Shown: positions 1-10,903 of the stretch, piece by piece | How positions within the stretch are numbered: the first letter of the stretch is position 1 | Layout of the letters: the number at the start of each line of letters is the position of its first letter | Origin: Wickerhamiella versatilis | Lineage: Eukaryota | Assembly: GCA_030867685.1 (NCBI GenBank) | Contig: JAQOWU010000007.1 | Span: 186,001 to 250,000 of the forward strand | DNA length: 64,000 nt | Direction of reading: 5' to 3' | Program-made: the position numbers and the translations under genes | Notes under the pieces: generated by a model | What the model was told of the DNA's origin: nothing | Database searches by the model: none | The model's input: only the letters and a program-made list of their open reading frames with translations

Positions 1-473
1 CTGGTATCTCAGGCGAGGTGACAAATATTGGGATAAAGCCGTGATCGGAGAATAGCGAGATGATCTTCATGAAAATACCTGTGATTGAAAGCACATCATT
101 GAGATCACCCCTGCAGCGAGTGACACACAATTATTTTTAACAAATGTGTACACATAAACAAACTACACGCATTCCCGGACAAATATTGCATGGCAGTTAT
201 GCCGGTAAACACTAGATACTTAATCGTCCGCAGTAAATCAGTTTTAATACCTAGCCCATGTTATATAATATTCCTGATTTGCATGATTGAAAGATTAAAA
301 GATTGAATGGTTTTAGGGACGAGGCCGGTATAGAAAAAGTTTATCCCCGTTTTCTGCTTGACACTTTATTGTATGCGCATAAATAGAACGCATAAGTATT
401 ACTTCGAAAAATTCTCCTAATCATATATCCACGTTACAAAACCAGGGTTCTCACGTGCTGAGACCCTAGCCCA

Positions 474-1499
474 CTAAAGCCGCGAGGGCGATGTGTCGAA
501 AAGCTCTGTGCCGAATACACGATCCCAGAACTTGGTTGTAACACCAAATCCCATCTCGTAGTCCTTATAGTGATGGTCAATGTGTGCCTTTTTTGCCTCC
601 GTCATGAAATTCGGGATTTGGCTGTGGTGTAAGAAATAGTGAGTGCAATCGTAAATAATATAGCCCAGATGTGAGCCCGCGTAAATAGTAGTCGCAAGGT
701 GGAAGTTACGAAATACTACCTGGAAAACGTAAAACAGAGGGATTGCAAACAACAGAGCTACCGCGGGGGGCATTACAAGGCGGTGTCGGTCCATTGGTAG
801 GAAGTGGTGGACTCCGTGAAGCATGAAGTGTATCGTATATGCCACTTGGAATTGCGGCAGGTGGTAGTCAAGGTGGAATAAAAATCTGTGTAGAGCGTAC
901 TCTAAGAGCGTCCAGAAGCCAACTCCAAAGATATAAAGCGGTATGGCGTGCTCGAGTGGAAGGCCGCTGAAGCCCATCTTGAGGAGATGATAATTCACAG
1001 GCAGCCAAATTGCAGGCACAAGCCACCAAGGGGATCTGGTAAATGGTTCTAAAAAGTTTCCGAAGATCGGCGCAGAGCCATACTTGTAATGGTGTGGTTT
1101 GTGGACTTGCTCTATATAAAATTCACGAGTCCATTTTGCCCGCCAAATCTGCGGAACCATTGGCTCTCCGAGAATGATAAAGTGAGGCTCTTCAGGCTTG
1201 TTGTCCTTCTCATCCATCTCGGTATCCGTCGCACTTTTGGAGTCGGGGTCCGACTCTCCCGTGGGCAATCGGCCAACATAGTAATCCTGAAGGACTTCAT
1301 AGGCCGCCTCACTATGGGCATGAACGGTTTCATCCGCCATAATGTGGGTGATGTCTGAGTTGGCATATTTTGTTATCAATTCGTCGCCTCCAGGGTGGTC
1401 TTCAAGAAAATCCGTCACATCGTAGACCTCTGAGTTATGCATCATAACTAGGACACGATCCTGGCTCGCCAGCGTCTTGATTCGACTTTGTTCAGACAT
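474..1499 (-). CDS. SCS7: Sphingolipid fatty acid 2-hydroxylase (cytochrome b5 + FA hydroxylase domain)
   Basis: N-terminal b5 motif HPGG, then His boxes HRFLFH, HGVHH, HYFLHH, HIDHH and GFGVTT-FWD. First ATG at 1499. Confidence 0.93.
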   Translation of the reverse strand: MSEQSRIKTLASQDRVLVMMHNSEVYDVTDFLEDHPGGDELITKYANSDITHIMADETVHAHSEAAYEVLQDYYVGRLPTGESDPDSKSATDTEMDEKDNKPEEPHFIILGEPMVPQIWRAKWTREFYIEQVHKPHHYKYGSAPIFGNFLEPFTRSPWWLVPAIWLPVNYHLLKMGFSGLPLEHAIPLYIFGVGFWTLLEYALHRFLFHLDYHLPQFQVAYTIHFMLHGVHHFLPMDRHRLVMPPAVALLFAIPLFYVFQVVFRNFHLATTIYAGSHLGYIIYDCTHYFLHHSQIPNFMTEAKKAHIDHHYKDYEMGFGVTTKFWDRVFGTELFDTSPSRL

Positions 1500-1966
1500 G
1501 GTTTGCAAAAGGCGAAGTAGAACGACAGAATTCGGCGATTACGAATATATAGAGACGATCATTCATGTGTCTTGTATCTGGATAAAGTAAGCGATGACCG
1601 ACATTCATCAAACTCGATCTATATTTTTCCCCGATATTTTACCGCTTTAAGGAGCTCCATCGAGCTCAAAACACTATGTATATATTAGAACCATAGCACA
1701 GCGACTTTTTTCCTCCGAAAAGCCACTAGCCCAGCCCTAACCCCACGATAACCATCTGCGACGACCTTCTTGAAAACCCTGCATTAAAAGAATGAACTGA
1801 ATTATACGCTAGTAAGCTCTAGTCTAGTTGCATTCGTGCAATATCAATTCTTTTTTTTCAATCGGACCCCGGCTGTCCTAAGCCCCTGCACTTTGGCCTG
1901 TTAATAAGCGGCCTGATCTGCATATCTAAATCCCGTCATATAGTACTCCTAAGGTGGGTCCAGCAG

Positions 1967-3607
1967 ATGTGGCATAGGGGAAAGGTATGGAGCCTGGGAA
2001 TTCGCAAATTTTGTTTCAGGGCTCCAGTGGTAAGGAAGGCCAGTCTGGTCACTCCCATCGCGGCAGCATTTATAGCCGGGGTAGCATCGGCAACTTTGTT
2101 GTCGTTAAAAGCCGAGAAGCCACAAAAAAGCTCTTCTAGCACACTATCTCTAACATCGATGCCTGATCCGATATATGCGTCTGCGCTGGAAGAGCAAAAA
2201 GCTGTCTCTCGTATTAAAGAAATTGTGGGAGAGGAGAATGTTACGAGTGAGGCCGGGGTCCTGGAACTACATGCAGATTCACCCTGGCAGACTTGGCATC
2301 CTGAACGGGATGAGTGGCCACGGACTGTGGTCTACCCCAATAGCACGGAACAAGTTTCTCAGATCATGCAAGTGTGCAATGAATACCGTGTACCTGTCAC
2401 ACCTTACTCGGCTGGTACTTCGTTGGAAGGGCATTTTTCACCGGTTTATAGCGGTATATCGCTTGACATGAGCAACATGGATCAGGTTTTGGCTGTACAT
2501 AGTGAGGATCTGGATGTTGTGGTTCAGCCTGCTGTGGGATGGGAGGCACTTAATGAGACACTAAAAGAACACGGTATGATGTTTGGTCCCGATCCAGGCC
2601 CCGGTGCTCAAATTGGGGGAATGATTGGTACTTCGTGTTCAGGCACCAATGCTTATAGATATGGTACAATGAGGCAAAATGTGGTAAATCTCACGGTGGT
2701 GCTTGCCGACGGGACGGTCGTCAAAACTAGACAGCGGCCTCGAAAATCCAGTGCTGGCTACGCATTGACAGAACTAATTGTTGGATCTGAGGGAACGCTC
2801 GGTATTGTTACAGAAGCTACCCTTAAGATATATCCAATACCTCCTATTTATCGAGTTGGAGTAATGACATTTGCCAAAATTAAGGACGCTACTGACACAG
2901 TACACAGTCTTTTTAAGTCGGGTATCTTTCTTGACGCTATTGAGCTTTTGGACGACGAGCAGATGAAGCGAATAAATCAAGCTGGCAGTACCGACCGTAC
3001 GTGGGAGGAAAAGCACACCCTCCTTTTGAGATTTGCCGGCTCCTCGGAGAATGCTGTAGAAAGTCAGATCGAGGATGTAAAGACTGTTGCAAAGCAAAAT
3101 GAGTTTCTTAATTTTCAGTTCGCCCATGACAAAGAGGAAACAGAAGATCTCTGGGTCGCAAGAAAGTCTGCAGCATGGTCAGTATTCGTTACAATGCCTC
3201 CCAAGCATAAAATATGGTCGACTGATGTGGCTGTCCCATTATCGGCACTTACGAAAATAATTGTAGAGACCAAACTTGATTTGGTTTGCAGTGGTCTTAA
3301 TGGAGTTATTGTGGGACACGTTGGCGATGGCAATTTCCATGCAGTGATCACATATGATCCCGCCACCCAGAAAAAGGAAACGGAGGCTGTTGTGGACCGA
3401 ATGATTGAGCGTGCGATGGCTCTGGAAGGTACATGTACCGGTGAGCATGGGGTGGGCATCGGAAAGCGACGCTTTATTCTTGAAGAGCTCGGGAAGCCAG
3501 CAATTGATACGATGAGAGAACTTAAAAGGGGACTCGATCCTAATTTCATTCTCAACCCAGGAAAAATTTTTAGCGTCTCTCCCTCACAGGATATCCCAAA
3601 AAAATAA
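1967..3607 (+). CDS. DLD1: Mitochondrial D-lactate dehydrogenase (FAD-linked oxidase)
   Basis: Basic presequence-like N-terminus. Motifs GTSLEGH, DPGPGAQIGGM, GSEGTLG, HVGDGNFH, GEHGVGIGK, LNPGKIF. Confidence 0.9.
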   Translation: MWHRGKVWSLGIRKFCFRAPVVRKASLVTPIAAAFIAGVASATLLSLKAEKPQKSSSSTLSLTSMPDPIYASALEEQKAVSRIKEIVGEENVTSEAGVLELHADSPWQTWHPERDEWPRTVVYPNSTEQVSQIMQVCNEYRVPVTPYSAGTSLEGHFSPVYSGISLDMSNMDQVLAVHSEDLDVVVQPAVGWEALNETLKEHGMMFGPDPGPGAQIGGMIGTSCSGTNAYRYGTMRQNVVNLTVVLADGTVVKTRQRPRKSSAGYALTELIVGSEGTLGIVTEATLKIYPIPPIYRVGVMTFAKIKDATDTVHSLFKSGIFLDAIELLDDEQMKRINQAGSTDRTWEEKHTLLLRFAGSSENAVESQIEDVKTVAKQNEFLNFQFAHDKEETEDLWVARKSAAWSVFVTMPPKHKIWSTDVAVPLSALTKIIVETKLDLVCSGLNGVIVGHVGDGNFHAVITYDPATQKKETEAVVDRMIERAMALEGTCTGEHGVGIGKRRFILEELGKPAIDTMRELKRGLDPNFILNPGKIFSVSPSQDIPKK

Positions 3608-4799
3608 TTGGATCGTCAGTGTTTGTTCGTACAATGGTTGAATGATGATGACAACAAGTAATTAGTTGCTCGTTGATTTGAATAGTATCAATTCAGATAG
3701 CTTTATTTCTCACTTAGCGTACGTTATCAGCTAAGATTGGTGGCTAATTGATCAATGCAGCAATATCGTGGTAGTAAAATTAATATTGTCAACTAATGAG
3801 ATTGGTATGTGCCATCTAGCCTTTGTCTATTAAATCTTACACGCTTATCATTAGCTTACGCGAGTCTCAGAGTGACATAATGTTGGGTCATAATGGGAGA
3901 TATCTTGATGATCAATTCGATAGTTGCACTTCCATACTTTAGTTGTTTTTGTTGTATATCCTGATTGAACGGAGTCTCAAGTAGTGCAGGGTGCGTAGCA
4001 CTGTGTTTTATTAAGGAAAGGATTAGTCGGGAACTAGGTACTATATTTCACGAGCTACCCTACTCTATGATGCCTGTTAAATCTATTTTGCACTTATCAT
4101 AGGGCCTTTGAAAAATAATATAGAGGAACATGGAACCAGAAGCTTCGGAAAAAGGTACAGTTTATCATTACTTCAGCTACCACGGTATATGGTGATGACC
4201 AAACAACCACCTAAGAGCTGGAAATAGATGATCTAAGAAGAGAAATATGACGAATACTTCAACTGGTAAATCATGCACCGAACAGCCTCGAGAAAGTACC
4301 GCTATATTAGATAATCGGATGTCACCGTAGGGCTGATCGCCTGACGATTCGTAGACAATTCAGAGAATCAGAATAAAAAGCGGCGTGACCTCCATAAGTA
4401 GATGCAGTAGCCTGTACTCTTCAAGTCTCTCTATATGATATACATCTAATGTTAAATAATCGACACATGCCGATCGATCTGCATAACATGACGAATATCA
4501 TTAATTACCGGAAATGATCGGAGATTGCTGGACAACTCTGACAATTTGAATTAGCATGGTGACTACAACAACAGAAATTTCCTATTTGACCTTTTAAGTT
4601 ATGTTGCAGTTTGATCGTCTAAGTGGTTTTGAAGGCAACCTTCTTGGCTTTGGGAGATTCACCAGGGGTGTCTATGCATAGTTGATATAATCATCGATTG
4701 AGATTATGTTATGTCAGTGTGATTTCAAAGTGCCGCAATGTGAGAAACTATATAAAGAGAACTATCACCACGATTTAACACCTCTCATCTTAATTTCCC

Positions 4800-5363
4800 A
4801 TGTTCCTTAAATTGTTGTTAGCAGCAGGATTAGCAGCTGCGGTTCCTGCGGTGGAAAGAAGAGAAGCTAGTATTGCAACTCCAACTCTGACCAGCGTGAG
4901 TGTTGGTTCTATTGATCCAAGCCTATTTCCAAGTCTTGCCCAAGCTGAGAAGGCAGTTCCCACTTCCACCAGTAGTGGCAGCTCTGGTGGTTCTGGTGGT
5001 CCTTTTGAGTGGCTGGAAGAAAAGGCCGAGGAGGTTGCTAAAATCCTGGTAGGTGCTGGTGTATCTACTGGTGTTGCAACAGCTGCGGCAGCAGCCGCGG
5101 TAAATGCAGCAGCAGTAGCATTGGCCGGTGTAGGCACGGCTGTAGGCGCGGCTTCTGTGGGGTCGGTAGTTGCAGGCGCTGTGGCGTCAGCCACCGCCGC
5201 TGCCCAGGCAGCTGGAGCAACTGGGCTGGCTGCAGCCATTGCTGGTACGGCAGCCACAATTATTGTAGGAGTTAGTCTTGGCATCACTGCTCAGGGAGCT
5301 CTTGTAGCTGCAGCGTTGGCAGCTCTCTATGAATATATTGAGTCTGCTGGACTCGTGCCTTAA
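4800..5363 (+). CDS. Secreted Ala/Gly/Val-rich hydrophobic protein A (unknown family)
   Basis: TATATAAA about 50 bp upstream. Signal peptide, VERR-EA dibasic site, Ser/Thr linker, then about 110 aa of nearly uncharged Ala/Gly/Val sequence. Confidence 0.8.
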   Translation: MFLKLLLAAGLAAAVPAVERREASIATPTLTSVSVGSIDPSLFPSLAQAEKAVPTSTSSGSSGGSGGPFEWLEEKAEEVAKILVGAGVSTGVATAAAAAAVNAAAVALAGVGTAVGAASVGSVVAGAVASATAAAQAAGATGLAAAIAGTAATIIVGVSLGITAQGALVAAALAALYEYIESAGLVP

Positions 5364-5698
5364 AACCTACGATGGCGTGTGCCTTTATTCTCTCGCGCTC
5401 TTAGTTTATAACTTTTATGTGTGAACTGAATGGCTACTTTTCTTAATAGTATGCTACTAGAAATCAAAAATATATGTTCTCACCGGATTGGAATGTAAAT
5501 TAGTATTCCGCTCGCCCAACCTATATAATTATCAAGAGCCAGAGATTATATACACCTCAAGTTCCGTCCGTACCTTTGATAGATTTCTCTGTTCTTATGT
5601 TTTATAAACATAGACGGTTTTCTTGACAGGGTATGCTCACTTCCAAAATATTCTTGAATAAGCTGTAGATGATACCTTCCATCTCACTTATTTGAATC

Positions 5699-6163
5699 CT
5701 AAGTAAAGTAACAAATGTAGTCAGTTCCTCCTGATGCAACATAGCAGACCGCAACCCACAAAATATCGAATACTACGAAAGGACCTATTGCTAAAGGAAG
5801 TACTGCAGCTCCAGCAGCGGCAACAATTCCTGGAATAGCGGCAGCAGATACACCTAATCCAGTCAGCACAGTATTTACCTGTACCAGACTAATCCCACCT
5901 ACCAGCAATAGCATTGCTGCAATCGCCGCTGATGCTGCAACACTGCCGGTAACACCTAGCGGAAGAGCAGTATCTGTTACAGTAGCTGCTGCATTTGCCA
6001 GCGCAAGCGCCGTAGATCCAATTACACACCCTACTACTGCTAATCCTGCAAGAGCAGCGGCAGCTTCTACACTTGTGCTGACGCCTGTGGCCAGTGCGGC
6101 ACCTACCACTGCACTAATTGTTGTGACGGTGGCAGCCTTCGTAGCGACAGCTATAGCAGCTGC
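5699..6163 (-). pseudogene. Start-less 3' copy (B') of Ala/Gly-rich protein B
   Basis: Aligns to the last ~150 aa of 6528..7748 (IAVATKAA...LLLVGGISLxQxNTVLxGLGVS...LWVxxC-x10-C). No ATG or signal peptide; frame is still open. Confidence 0.8.
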
Positions 6164-6281
6164 CGCGAGTACAGCAGCCACAATTATTGTGGGAATTGGT
6201 CTTGGAATTGCTGCTCAGGGAGCTCTTGTAGCTGCCGCGCTTGCAGCTCTACTCGAAATCGTTGGTACTGGTGGATTTTAA
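6156..6281 (+). pseudogene. Start-less 3' copy (A') of Ala/Gly-rich protein A
   Basis: TAATIIVGIGLGIAAQGALVAAALAALLEIVGTGGF versus TAATIIVGVSLGITAQGALVAAALAALYEYIESAGLVP in A. Confidence 0.8.
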
Positions 6282-6527
6282 CCTTAAATACTAAATAGTG
6301 TTGTCTCATTTCCTCGATGTCTTGTTAAATAGAAATTGGGAGTGTATCTTGAACCTGCTTTATTATAGACATATTCCTCGAGTTCTGACTATTGCTAAAT
6401 TTGTCTTCTCATGTGTAGCTCTATAGATATTGAATTTTCTTGACATGGTACAAGAATTTTATTAAAAATACATTCTCAGTTCTGCTTGTGTATATAACAT
6501 CTATTAGTCTGTATCCCTGGTTAATTC

Positions 6528-7748
6528 TCAACTCAAATCGCAAAATACATCAGCCCCCTCCGTAGAAATAAGGCAAATTGTGACCCACAAAGTATTAAAT
6601 ACAACGACAGGAGCAACTGCCAAGGGGAGTACTGCTGCTCCAGCCGCTGCTACAATTGCTGGAATGGCGGAGAAGGATACACCCAATCCGGCGAGTACAG
6701 TATTTATCTGTGCCAGACTAATTCCACCGACCAGCAGTAGCGTTGCTGCAATTGCTGCTGATGCTGCTACAGTGCCGGTAACACCCAGCGAAAGGGCAGT
6801 ACCTGCTACAGTAGCTGCTGCACCAGCCAGTCCAAGGGCAGTAGATCCGATCACACCTCCTACTACTAGTAGTCCACCGAGCCCTGCTGCTGCTGCACCA
6901 GTTACACTGATGCCTGTGGCCAGTGCGGCACCCACCACTGCGGTAATTGAAGTGTCCGCGGCAGCCTTAGTAGCAACAGCAATACCGGCTGCCAATGCAG
7001 TTGCCAACGCAGTTCCGGTACCAGCTGCCGCAAGAACTGCTTGGGTTGCCACAAGTGCAGTTGCGGCAGCTGCTGAAGACACACCAAGACCAACCAGCGT
7101 GGAAATTGCACCAGAAATGCCCACACCACTTACAATTTGAGCTAGAGCAGTAACGCCCAGTTTTGCAGCTGTATCCAGGGATACTCCTGTACCAACAGCA
7201 ACTGCTGCCGCTGCCGCTGCAGCGCCTGTTGCCCCTGTGGTAGCTAATGCTCCAGCAATACCAACAGAAATCGCTCCACCTATGGTTGCAGCCACGCCGA
7301 TAGCTACAGCCGAGGTATCTGCAATTCCCTTGGCAGCTACGGCAGCCGCGGCCTTGGCAGCTACATCAGCAATCGCCGCTACGGAGGCACCAGCTGGTAA
7401 GCTCGCGAGGCCCGCAACAGCAACAGGACCAGCAGCAAGTGCTGCAGCCTGTGCTGCTTCAGCACTCAAGCCCAATCCAATGGCCACTTCAATGGCCGCC
7501 TGAATTGCTTGCTGCTCACCATTACTAGTTGAAGTAGCCTTAGGGGTGCTGATAGTGGGCGTCGAGCCTGAAGATAGCAGCTGGATACTTGTTGGGGTTG
7601 CAAGTTTCTGAATATTACCATCGGTGGAAACCGGTGCTGTGCCGGTGCTCAGGACAACACTAGTCTCTGTTGTTGTCGGTACAGCAGCAGCGCTTATGCA
7701 CGACATAACAGCCACGAGCGTGACGGCCAGCTTCGAGAAAAACTGCAT
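6528..7748 (-). CDS. Secreted Ala/Gly/Val-rich helical-repeat protein B (unknown family)
   Basis: Signal peptide, Ser/Thr-rich linker, about 320 aa hydrophobic region with recurring GxG(V/L/I)S-x2-AA turns, C-terminal C-x10-C. TATA-like element near 7781-7787. Confidence 0.8.
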   Translation of the reverse strand: MQFFSKLAVTLVAVMSCISAAAVPTTTETSVVLSTGTAPVSTDGNIQKLATPTSIQLLSSGSTPTISTPKATSTSNGEQQAIQAAIEVAIGLGLSAEAAQAAALAAGPVAVAGLASLPAGASVAAIADVAAKAAAAVAAKGIADTSAVAIGVAATIGGAISVGIAGALATTGATGAAAAAAAVAVGTGVSLDTAAKLGVTALAQIVSGVGISGAISTLVGLGVSSAAAATALVATQAVLAAAGTGTALATALAAGIAVATKAAADTSITAVVGAALATGISVTGAAAAGLGGLLVVGGVIGSTALGLAGAAATVAGTALSLGVTGTVAASAAIAATLLLVGGISLAQINTVLAGLGVSFSAIPAIVAAAGAAVLPLAVAPVVVFNTLWVTICLISTEGADVFCDLS

Positions 7749-9249
7749 TTGGTATACTGACGTGGTTATCTTGCCAGTGCTTTATATCAACCGCTTAAAT
7801 TAATGATGCAAATCTTGCTCAGTGCAGATCATTCACATCCGAGTTATTTAATCACGTCACTGTTGGAAAACTTTACCTTTCGGACCATGCAGAATTTGTA
7901 GAAGCATCTTGGCGCCTGGAAATTTCCTATTCAGATATCTGTGTACAACGCTTGCCCGTCGAAAGCAGTACTATTTTAGACTTGACCCCAATCGCTGCAA
8001 CCGCAAATTGCATGCATCCAGCCATGTGCAAGATCGCCGAGGAAATTAGTAATCTTCATATTATTACTATGCTGGTGCTAATAAGGGGTAAATCAAGGTT
8101 TCCTCTATATTCTCGGGTATATTTATGGTAAAATGTAGCCTAGCAGCGAGAAGGTGACTCTACCAGTTATTTTCCGTCCTTGAAACACTAGATCGATCAA
8201 TCTTACGTGCACACCTCTCTATTCGCCGATTGCTTGCAGCTTTTTGCAGATGATTATAGAGACTCCTCGGACATCTCCATCAGGATAGCCGGGAATTAAC
8301 ATAATATTAGGCTATTTAAAAATTGATTTGGCAGATTGATAACTTGATAACTCATAGCTATGATTTATAGAATCTGCGTATCAGTGGGGCTATTTTTGAG
8401 GTCATTGATTTTGTAGGGCACTCTGGGACACTTCCCTCTTGAGTACCTGCTACTATGTTTACTCCATAGCGTAGAATCTTTTGTTACGCTTGTGCAGAAT
8501 ATGCTAAGAAGTATTGTCTAAATATACAACCTGGCTGGTTATGTAGGCCAGTAGCAATTTCAAGCTTTTCACTGTAGTATTCAAATTTGGACGCCGCTGG
8601 TCAAGCACAGCTAGTAGCATGGAGAAGGCCCAATCCTACGCTTGTAAAGATTTGTAATATCGGAATATAATGTAGAATCTGACGTGGTAAGGGGTTTGAA
8701 AGATATGCATTTACGAATTGAAAGAGTAAGATCAGCACTGTAGAGAGCAACCGTAATAGAAGCTCTCTTGGGAACACTTGCATATCATAGATGCGCAGGT
8801 TTCGGACTATGGCAAAATTGTGGGGTAACGATGGACTTTGGCCGGACGTATAGCGTATTTCGCGTATGATGTCATTACGTGCTTGCCGTTGTGTGGTAAT
8901 AAGGAATGTGATAACTTAGTATCTCTAGATGAAGTGTTAGTTTATAGTTTCTTGAGAGACACGCAAAGTTGAGATTTTACTGGTGCATTTACCGAGCTCA
9001 TCCTCGATTGGTTTATCCCACTGATCTTCACGGAAATATTAGTCATGTAAATCTAGATCACGTCAACAAAGTCAGCCATGTAATTGACGAGACCTCGTGA
9101 ACATTTTTGTAATTGAGGGGATCCAATTTTTTTTTCGCTATTCTACACTTGCTTCCCTCCTCGATATTTTTTAGAGCCTGAATTTGTGCCAGACTGAGGG
9201 AACATTATCGGCAAATTCAACCTCTCTGCTTTGTTATCAGCATTTTTCT

Positions 9250-10428
9250 TTAAGAGGAAAATGTCACATTGTGGAACCTGGTAAGCTGAAATGGTGATAA
9301 ATCAAACTCAGATTGCTCCCCACATATTTTCTCCACCACTGCCTTACCGACGCCTGCGGAGTCTTTGAATCGCTGGCCGCATGAGGACACAAGGAACACA
9401 TTTGGCATATTCGGATGATAATCCAAAATGAAATTGTTGTCCACTGGAACCTTTCTCAAATGCAAATCACTCTTCAACACTCTATCTGAAACACCCGTTA
9501 GCTGCCACTTGGTGCTGGCATTTGGGTCACCTCCTACTTTTACTACATCTTCTCCATGTAAAGGTGGTAATACATAAAATGCGTCTCCTTGGCGATGCTC
9601 CCCGATGAATGCGGGAGAGCCACTCGGGAAATTCTGCTCTTCATCGAGGGCAAACCAAAATTCCTGTTGGCGAATGACATGAAAATATTTCTCGTAATAA
9701 CTTCCGAGAAGACGAGAAATCCAGGATCCTGTAGCTATCCCTTGCCGAGCCCTGATTCGTAAATTTTCAGTTTGAACGTTCACCTTGAACTCTTGGTCTC
9801 CTACGAATCTCCCGAATCTCCCGAATAGCTGGCCCATGCTCCCAGCGGTTTCTTCTAGGTAAAGTTTGGCTCCACACGACTGGGCATGCTCAAGCTGTAC
9901 CCTGATACAATTTTCTGAATACAAATAGCCTGACTCTGCTTCATAATAAGCCGTGACATCGTTTCTCATATGCGCAAACTGCGGATGCTGTGAAATTAAT
10001 CTTTGCAAATCAACCGTTTAGTATCTTATTCCAAAACTTGAAGCTATATTCGAGCTACTCCGTAAAGATTCTTCATCCATACCTGTCACGACAGCACCGC
10101 ATTGCTCAAAAAGTTTCGTACCACTTTCCTCCTCTAATTCCCTCCAGCGCTTGTGAGATGCTATCGTGAAGGGCAAATACGACTCATTTTCTCCTATATT
10201 CAGGTATGTTATATCAGTATTTTGGTATGTATGCTCTTGTTCTGGTGGTGGAGAGCTCCCAGTGCCTGCCACATCCTCTTGCACAGGTTCAAGAGGAGCT
10301 CGGTTCTTTGGAGCGCTCACGCCCACCACATCAATGCCTCTTATAGCAAGTTGATCTACTATCGCTGAGCCCATCGCACCTAGTCCTACTACGACAATAT
10401 CACACGTTATCTGGTCCGCTCTCTCCAT
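9250..10428 (-). pseudogene. Sarcosine oxidase / N-methyl-L-tryptophan oxidase (SolA-like) FAD oxidoreductase, disrupted
   Basis: DIVVVGLGAMGSA dinucleotide motif. The two ORFs are in the same frame, split by TAA at 10018-10020. The C-terminal GHGFK motif has degraded to CGQRFK. Confidence 0.78.
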
Positions 10429-10903
10429 ATTGGTCCTTATGACTTAGTCATATATCTATCTTACATTATCCACCCAGATTCAATTAGTCTCAAGGAGTGT
10501 GGTAAATTATGGCTATTTTGCAGGGCATTTAGTTGATACGAGTGTATGGAAGGACAAGACGTAGCAGAGCTCCCGTTTGTTTAATCACTCTATTGCTGGA
10601 GTTATTTCAGCTGGTTCAGTAAACAATAGCAGAAGTGATATCAGTCAGTGGGTTATCTTGCAAGCTTAATGGTACCTATGCACATGTATTTGCTTTGTAG
10701 TATCAAAATAATAAGCCACGACACAGCTTGTGCGTAACTCCGATTACAAATATAGATAAATACTCTGCCCCTGTGAAGTGTTATCTCATCCGATAGACAC
10801 CAAAAAGGCAAATTCTATTAATTTAGCACAATGGGTTTACTGAAGTGCAAACCCCGATACATAAATCTTCATGACAACAAGTTCCCAGGCGCCGAATAGA
10901 TTG

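Noticed and set aside
4790-7503. Long antisense ORFs (4790..5287, 6580..7140, 7237..7503)
   Set aside because: Shadows of GCN-rich Ala codons. No ATG start or signal peptide; the opposite strand has TATA and signal peptide.
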